From: Clostridia bacterium
Lineage (GTDB): Bacteria > Bacillota > Clostridia > Oscillospirales > RGIG5299
NCBI GenBank assembly: GCA_017504945.1
Contig: JAFVQJ010000014.1
Span: forward strand, 6,373-70,372
Reading direction: 5' to 3'
Length of the DNA: 64,000 nt
This document shows positions 62,604-64,000 of the stretch, piece by piece (the stretch's first letter is position 1; each line of letters starts with the position of its first letter). The position numbers and the translations under genes were made by a program. The notes beneath the pieces are model-generated. The model did not search any database. It was not told the DNA's origin and was given only the letters and a program-made list of their open reading frames with translations.

Positions 62604-62640
62604 AATCCCCGCCTCAAACGAGGCGGGGATTTCGTTTATT
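62604..62640 (+). terminator. Intrinsic terminator
   Basis: AATCCCCGCCTC-AAAC-GAGGCGGGGATT followed by a T-rich tail. Confidence 0.7.
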
Positions 62641-62704
62641 TGCACAAATGAAAAGGGCGGATTTTATGCACAGTGCCGAAATTTTGCCTGCCGATATAAA
62701 TTTA

Positions 62705-62733
62705 TTGACGGGCGGTGGGTAGTATGCTACAAT
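62705..62733 (+). promoter_or_regulatory. Sigma-A type promoter upstream of the 198-aa gene
   Basis: TTGACG, 17 nt, TACAAT. Leaves a ~115-nt 5' UTR. Confidence 0.45.
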
Positions 62734-62848
62734 GGAAATGGAGAAATCTTACTCAAATTTTTGAAATGGTTAAGTCCAATGGGTCGTTTGGAAAATGAAG
62801 AATAATCAATATTACAAAATTTAGTTAAAGAAAAGAGTCATAGCAAAT

Positions 62849-63445
62849 ATGAAAAAGATAATAATAAGCACGGTTTCAGCGGTACTGATACTTTTGATTC
62901 TTTTTACCGTTATTATTTTTACAAATCCCGTAAACGTTACTACGGTGAAGCTTTATATGATCTCAAAGCAAAGTTTTATTCAAAAAGAAACATTTGAAGA
63001 ATATAAACAATCACTCGATACCGTAGTCGAATTTATTGAGGGTTATCGGGATAAGGTGCCTGAAAACGGAAGAATATATTTCGGAATAGAAAGTAGTGTT
63101 TTGAAAAACAAATATATATCGCTTCGTTCAGACGAAGAAAGCATAAAAATAACGCTTACCGACGCGCAACACCAAGCTTTTACAGACGTTTCCGATTTAT
63201 TCTACGATTTCGGCGGCTACGTAGAAACAATATATTTTTACTCCGACGGAACGATATGGTTTTCAAATTTTAAATATCGTGAGGATATCGTTTATTCACC
63301 GAACAAAAGACCGAGTAAATTTCACAGCGAAAACGTAACCGGTGTGCCGGTGGTTCATAAAATGGATTCCGATTGGTATACAATATCGCTTTCGGGCAGC
63401 TTTTGGGATTTGATCAAAGCATTGGTTTCAAATACCTTTAAATAA
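62849..63445 (+). CDS. Membrane-anchored protein, unknown function
   Basis: 198 aa with an N-terminal TM helix. Confidence 0.5.
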   Translation: MKKIIISTVSAVLILLILFTVIIFTNPVNVTTVKLYMISKQSFIQKETFEEYKQSLDTVVEFIEGYRDKVPENGRIYFGIESSVLKNKYISLRSDEESIKITLTDAQHQAFTDVSDLFYDFGGYVETIYFYSDGTIWFSNFKYREDIVYSPNKRPSKFHSENVTGVPVVHKMDSDWYTISLSGSFWDLIKALVSNTFK

Positions 63446-63489
63446 TTTTCTCTCCCCAAAGTTACCAAATATAAATTTATCCGCTAATA

Positions 63490-63528
63490 AAATCCCCGCC
63501 TTTTTCGAGGCGGGGGGTCATTTTTTTA
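63490..63528. terminator. Bidirectional terminator between convergent genes
   Basis: CCCCGCC/GGCGGGG stem followed by T7. Confidence 0.55.
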
Positions 63529-64000
63529 TTTATGGTCGTTTTTTCTTATTTCCGCGCGCTTTATCTTGCCCGATATGGTCTTGGGAAGCTCGTCGACGAA
63601 TTCGATGATCCTCGGATATTTGTAGGGCGCGGTGGTGCGCTTGACGTGGTCCTGAAGCTCTTTCTTAAGCTCGTCGGAGGGGGTGTATCCCTTTGCGAGA
63701 ATTATAGTCGCCTTAACTATCTGACCTCTTACGGGGTCGGGGACCGCGGTGATCGCCGTTTCCAAAACGGCGGGATGCTCAAGCAGCGCCGATTCTACCT
63801 CGAAGGGACCTATGCGATAGCCCGAGGACTTAATAACGTCGTCGGTCCTGCCGACAAACCAGAAATAGCCCTCTTCGTCAAACCAGGCGACGTCGCCGGT
63901 GTGATAATATCCGTCGTACATAACGGAGGAGGTCTTTTCCTCGTCGTTTGCATAGCCCGTGAAAAGTCCGTAGGGATGCATTTCAGTCATATCAATACAA
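63526..64000 (-). CDS. AMP-forming acyl-CoA synthetase, C-terminal part (gene continues beyond the window)
   Basis: [26 protein letters not shown] and [10 protein letters not shown] motifs. The reading frame stays open to the window edge. Confidence 0.85.
   Translation of the reverse strand, partial: CIDMTEMHPYGLFTGYANDEEKTSSVMYDGYYHTGDVAWFDEEGYFWFVGRTDDVIKSSGYRIGPFEVESALLEHPAVLETAITAVPDPVRGQIVKATIILAKGYTPSDELKKELQDHVKRTTAPYKYPRIIEFVDELPKTISGKIKRAEIRKNDHK

Overview
This 64-kb segment looks like core chromosome of an endospore-forming anaerobic Firmicute (class Clostridia; I cannot assign a family by eye). Marker genes include spo0A, yabP-yabQ-divIC-yabR, ytfI-ytfJ, scpA-scpB, rnmV-holA-comEC, prfB, trxB, metA, prs, pyruvate:ferredoxin oxidoreductase and a PerR/reverse-rubrerythrin operon. 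I call 58 densely packed CDS. By eye I found no rRNA or tRNA, no transposase, integrase, reverse transcriptase or cas gene, and no recognisable defence gene. The unusual content is mainly non-coding. (1) Two arrays (1-185, cut by the window edge, and 29419-29622) alternate a conserved 7-9 nt linker every ~23-25 nt with short hairpins of unrelated sequence, and the linker orientation flips at the array centre. (2) Three diverged copies (~340-410 bp) of a hairpin-packed element are arranged direct-[gene]-inverted-direct around 13255-14064. That gene is the only plus-strand gene in a 20-kb minus-strand block, and the copies show compensatory stem changes. (3) A consensus promoter, a 104-nt rod hairpin and an intrinsic terminator form a leader in front of a 67-aa six-cysteine ORF. 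Coding oddities are tandem secreted beta-helix paralogs, a VTC-DUF4956-CotH(LTD) cluster, an internally duplicated lipoprotein, a prfB-coupled esterase/acyltransferase/zinc-ribbon-membrane operon and a probable leaderless mRNA. All calls come from reading the sequence and the ORF track. No database search was run.
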